This document shows positions 59,747-64,000 of a DNA stretch of 64,000 nt, piece by piece. This DNA comes from Vicinamibacterales bacterium (GTDB lineage: Bacteria > Acidobacteriota > Vicinamibacteria > Vicinamibacterales > JAMQPK01), in contig CAVSZJ010000003.1 of the NCBI GenBank assembly GCA_963732445.1, forward strand, positions 1,143,639 to 1,207,638. The letters run 5' to 3'. Under the pieces are notes generated by a model. It was not told where the DNA came from, did no database searches, and worked only from the letters and a program-made list of their open reading frames with translations. Within the stretch, counting starts at the first letter, position 1; the number at the start of each line of letters is the position of its first letter. The translations under genes and the position numbers were made by a program.

Positions 59747-62700
59747 ATGCGTATGCAAAAGGGATTTTGGGCGCTGCTCTTGATGTGCACCCTGGCGGCG
59801 ATGCCGGCCTGGGCGCAGGAGACTCGAGGCAATATCAACGGCATCATCCAGGACGCTCAGGGGGTCATTCCCGGGGCGACCGTACGAATTACCAACACCG
59901 AAAACGGTCAGACGCAGTCGCTCATCACGAACGAGACGGGCTACTTCGAAGCGCCATTGCTGCAGCCGGTCCGTATCGCGTGTCGGTCGAAATGCCGAAT
60001 TTCAAGACGCTCAACCAGGACGTGGTGCTCAGCGTCGGCCAGACGCTCAGCGTGAGGCTGACGCTCGAAGTCGGCAACGTGACCGAGACCGTCAACGTCA
60101 CGGCCGAGGCGCCGATCCTCGACACGACATCGGTGTCATCCGGACAGAACTTCGATCGCGCGCTCATCGAGGGTCTGCCGATGGCGGCGAACCAGCCGAT
60201 CCTGCTCTCGAAGTTCGCGCAGGGCATCATCGGGCCCGACCACGCAGCAGCTCGTGCTTCAGGGACAGATCGACGGCCCGAACGACGGCGCCGGCGATCC
60301 CGATCGGCGGCGTCGGCAGCTTCAACTACACGATCGACGGCGCGACCAACGCCGGCAACAACCGCCGCATGTCGGCGTCGCCGAACTCCGACATGATTCA
60401 GGAGATGCGCGTCGAGACGTCGAACTTCGATGCATCGCAGGGACACGGCACCGGCGCCAACATCTCGCTGATGACCCGCGCGGGCACGAACCTCGACGCG
60501 CGGCACGGTCAACTACCAGTACTGGACCAACCAGATCAACTCGCTGAACCCGCAGCAGAAGCTGGCGTTCGGGCAGCGTCCCGAGACCGGCGAGCTCTAC
60601 AACACCGGCCACTCGCACAACGTCGCGTTCACGCTCGGCGGCCCGGTCGTCCTCCCGAAGATCGTGAACGGCCGCAACAAGCTGTTCTACTTCTTCAACT
60701 ACCAGCGGAACTACGACGACTCGGCGGCGCGGAACACGCCGACGATCGACGGTTCCCGCGAACGCGAAGCACCTGGACGGCGACTTCTCGGACCTGCTGA
60801 CGCTGGGCAGTCCCGGGCAGTATCAGATTTACGATCCGCTGACCGTGCGGCCCGATCCCGCGCGGCCGGGTAGCTTCATCCGCACGCCGTTCCCCGGGCA
60901 ACATCATCCCGAAGGATCGGTTCATGAACGCGAACGGCACCTACAAGAACCCGCTGTTCGCGCTCTACAGGGACATGATCCCGGCGCCGAACCAGAACTT
61001 CGTCGAGCAGGGGGCGATTCCGACCGAACAACTACTACCAGGGCGGCGTGCCGAACCTGACGAACGCGTCGAACTTCGGCGGCCGCGTCGACTTCAACGC
61101 GTCGCGAGAAGCGACCGCTTCTTCTTCCGGTACGCCGGCACGACGTTCCACGAGCAGCTCGGCGACTGGACGTACGAATCGCCGAATCCGAAGTATCACG
61201 GCATGCACGTCAACGACAAGACGCGCTACTCGTGGGCCTACACGGGCAACTGGACGAAGGTCACAGGGTTCGAGCGTGTTCGACACGCAGTTTTCGGCCA
61301 ATCGCTTCTTCGAAGATCAGCAGCGCCGGGGCCTGCACAAGTACAAGCCGACCGACGTCGGTCTTCCGAGCTACCTCGACGAGTTCTGCAGCGCGGTGAA
61401 CAACTGCATGATGCCCGTCATCAAGTCGGCGGCATACCAGGGCGTCTCGAACGACTGCCGACGGCGGCGCTCGACGCCACGCACGTCCAGGCGCAGAGCA
61501 ATCGTGACGAGCGTCAAGGGCGACTCACACGCTGCGCGGCGGCGTCGACTACCGCCTGGCGATGCGCCGGAACGAACTGATCGCCGGCGGCAACGTGTCG
61601 TCGACGTACACGTTCGACAACACGTTCACGCGCGCGGCCGATACGACAGCCGTGTTCCCGGCCAGCAACATCGGCCCGAGTCTCGCGGCCCTCATGCTCG
61701 GGCATTCCGACGTCAGGTGTCGATCGGGCAGAACGCGCCGATCTCGATGAGCAACCCGTACTACGGCGGGTTCTTCCAGGACACGTGGCGCGCCACGCAG
61801 AACCTCACGTTGAACTTCGGTCTCCGGTACGAGTTCGAGGACGGTATCACCGAAGCCGAGGATCGCTGGATCACCGAGTTCGATCCGGATGCGCAGCTGG
61901 CGATTACGCAGCTCGCGCAGGCGGCGTACGCGCGGAGCCCGATTCCGCAGGTGCCGGTCAGCGAGTTCCGCGTGCTTGGCGGCTCGGTGTATGCCGGCGC
62001 CAGTCGCGATCCGGGCAAGACCTGGAAGGGCGAGTCGCATGTGGATGCCGCGTGCTCTCGACCGCCTACAAGCTCGGCGAGAGAACGGTCATCAAGGCGC
62101 GGGTACGGACTGTTCTTCGACACGTTGAACGCCGGCCGACTACCACGACTGCTCAACCAGCTCGGCTACACCTCGGCGACGACCAACGTGGCGAGCACCG
62201 ACTTCGGCCAGACCTGGCTTCTTGGGCGATCCGCAGGAACGGCGTCCTGCCGATTGTCGAATCCGTTCCCGGTGCGCGCAACGGCACCCGATTCGAAGCC
62301 GGCGCTGGCGGATTCGCTCGGCGCGAACGCCATTCTCGGGTCGACCTTCAATCGCGAGAATCCCGAACCGCAAGCACGCGCGCGTGAACCGCTGGAGAGT
62401 CGGCGTGCAGCGCGAGCTGTTCGGCAACATGTCGGTCGAAGTCGCGTATGCCGGCATGTATGCGGATCGCGTCGACATCGCACGATTCAGCAGAGTCCTA
62501 CATCCCGGAGTCGTACTACAGCAACGTCACCGAGCCGCGACGCGTCGGCGCAGACGCTGCTGCAGCAGCAGGTCACGAATCCGTTCCACATCGACAACTT
62601 CGCGTCGCTGAGGACGTCGGATCCGGTGCTCTATCAGCGCATGGCGAACAACGCGTTCTTCCAGGCACGGACGACGCAGCGGCAGAACCTGATCCGCGCG

Positions 62701-63497
62701 TATCCGCAGCTCAGACGGCAAACGCGAATCCGTGCAACAATGCGCTGCTATTCAACAACCTGCCGCTCGGCGTGGTCAAGGCGCACTCGCTCGAGGTGAC
62801 GGTCAACCGCCGCTACTCGAACGGCCTCAGCGCCAACCTCGCGTTCTCGGCGAACAGCGTCACGGAGAATCGGGTCGGTCGAAGCGTACGATCGCGAGCC
62901 GACGTTGTGGCAGCCGAGCCAGGACGCGCGGCCGTTCCGCATCACCGGCGGCGCGGTGTACGAGCTCCCGTTCGGCAGCAACAAGGCGTTCCTGAACGAG
63001 GGCGGCGTCGCCGCCAACATCCTCGGCGGATGGCAGACGGGCGGCACGTTCGAGTATCAGCCGGGCGCGATGCTCGACTTGGGCAACGACGTGTTCTTCA
63101 ACGGCGACCTCGGACGACATCGCGAAGGACAATCCGGAGATTGCCCTGCAAGCGCGACGGCACGCTCGATCAGTCGAAGTACTGGTTCAACACGGAGAGG
63201 CTTCGTGAGGCCCGCCGCGCTTGCAGCCGGCGTCGTTCCAGAAGCGCGCGTTCCCGTTCCGCGTCGACGACGTGCGCGGCCCCGGGTTCTTCCTGGTGAA
63301 CGCGAACGTCGTCCGGAACTTCCGCATCGGCGGCGGCCGGTCGCTGCAGTTCCGCCTCGACGTGCAGAACCTGTTCGACGCGGTGCTGTGGCAGAATCCG
63401 GAACGTCAACCCGACCAGCACGAACTTCGGGAAGGTCACGGGCGCGACGAACAGCATCATGCGGTTCTTCACGTTCGTCTGGAAGGTGAACTTCTAA
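59747..63497 (+). pseudogene. very long TonB-dependent receptor with CarboxypepD_reg-like N-terminus; more than ten frame changes
   Basis: Signal peptide MRMQKGFWALLLMCTLAAMPAWAQE. GIIQDAQGVIPGATVRITNTENGQ...TNETGYFEAPLLQPGPYRVSVEMPNFKT. Barrel pieces are found in all three frames up to the C-terminal ...NSIMRFFTFVWKVNF. Confidence 0.75.
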
Positions 63498-63555
63498 GAT
63501 CCGCCTTCGCGCGCAAGCGCGCTACGGCGGACAGGCGTTCGCGCAACACCAGCGG

Positions 63556-63592
63556 CCAGGGATGGCACCATCATCCCTGGCCGTTTTCTTTG
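63556..63592 (+). terminator. rho-independent terminator (CCAGGGATG-gcaccat-CATCCCTGG followed by CCGTTTTCTTTG)
   Basis: 9-bp GC-rich stem plus a T-rich tract, 59 nt after the TBDR stop. Confidence 0.65.
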
Positions 63593-63605
63593 TACGCCAT
63601 TGGGA

Positions 63606-63718
63606 GGCAGGACTAAAGTCCTGCGCTACCGCTGAGGTCCTGCGCGCTTCGGTAGCGCAGGACTTTAGTCCTGCCTCTGAGGTCCGACCACCCCGTAGCG
63701 CAGGACTTTAGTCCTGCC
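63606..63718. repeat. cluster of three REP-like elements (GTAGCGCAGGACTTTAGTCCTGCC), orientation -,+,+
   Basis: Copies lie at 63606-63631 (inverted), 63650-63675 and 63695-63718. The first two form a perfect 26-bp inverted repeat. Each copy contains its own GCAGGACT/AGTCCTGC hairpin. Confidence 0.8.
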
Positions 63719-64000
63719 TTAACCGCCAATCCGCTTCTGGATGTCATCCGCGCGCTGGCTGGCTCTGAACTCGATAATGCGGAAGTCAGCGAGCTGGTGC
63801 TCGTAAAACGGATCTTCATGGACGATGGCTTCGATCTCCGATCGACTGTTGCCGACCGCAAGGATGATCCCCCCGTCCCGGGGAATCTTCCGCCCCGAGA
63901 CCAGGAAGTTGCCCGCTTTGTAATACTTCTTCAGGAACTTCACGTGCGCCGCCATGTGCGCGTCGATCACGGTGAGGTCGGCTTTGTAGACCAGCTCAAT
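63719..64000 (-). CDS. YciI-like (YCII-related) protein, 5' end possibly beyond the window
   Basis: HVKFLKKYYKAGNFLVSGRKIP.DGGIILAV.NSRSEIEAIVHEDPFY resembles the YciI fold. The frame stays open to the window edge. Confidence 0.55.
   Translation of the reverse strand: MELVYKADLTVIDAHMAAHVKFLKKYYKAGNFLVSGRKIPRDGGIILAVGNSRSEIEAIVHEDPFYEHQLADFRIIEFRASQRADDIQKRIGG

Overview
GC-rich bacterial chromosomal segment with about 55 protein genes, one tRNA and several short repeat families. The gene content suggests a soil Acidobacteriota-like organism. This is inferred from Ser/Thr kinase-TolB propeller fusions, very long CarboxypepD_reg-type TonB-dependent receptors, a DUF1501/DUF1800 pair, and FG-GAP and PQQ dehydrogenase genes; it was not verified. 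Recognisable content, in order: an ECF sigma/RskA-like anti-sigma pair with DsbA and MauE/DoxX, tadA, tRNA-Ser(CGA), an intact TonB-dependent receptor, and a TIR-domain gene in an AT-richer islet. Next come an MFS transporter, a 947-aa kinase, a PQQ dehydrogenase with a cytochrome c domain, and an oligopeptide-type ABC operon. These are followed by a hemerythrin with a lysine-rich tail, aat, an aldo/keto reductase, a signal-less S8 subtilase coupled to a ComEC-like MBL-fold hydrolase, and tandem Nif3-like paralogs. The window ends with glpF-glpK, an FAD-oxidoreductase/HAD/FGE operon, an AI-2E transporter, YihY, a spermidine-synthase-like membrane protein and a second, very long TonB-dependent receptor. 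Two candidate conflict/defence-type loci stand out: the S8+MBL pair at 39.5-42.9 kb and the hybrid-motif-TIR gene at 12.6-13.5 kb, which is flanked by inverted G-rich repeat arrays. Three short repeat families recur: G-rich 9-11-mers, GGAACY hexamers and a REP-like palindrome. At least 14 genes need one or more frame changes to be read. These are very unevenly distributed, so either assembly indel errors or local pseudogenisation must be resolved before any functional claim. All calls come from reading translated motifs by eye; no database search was run.
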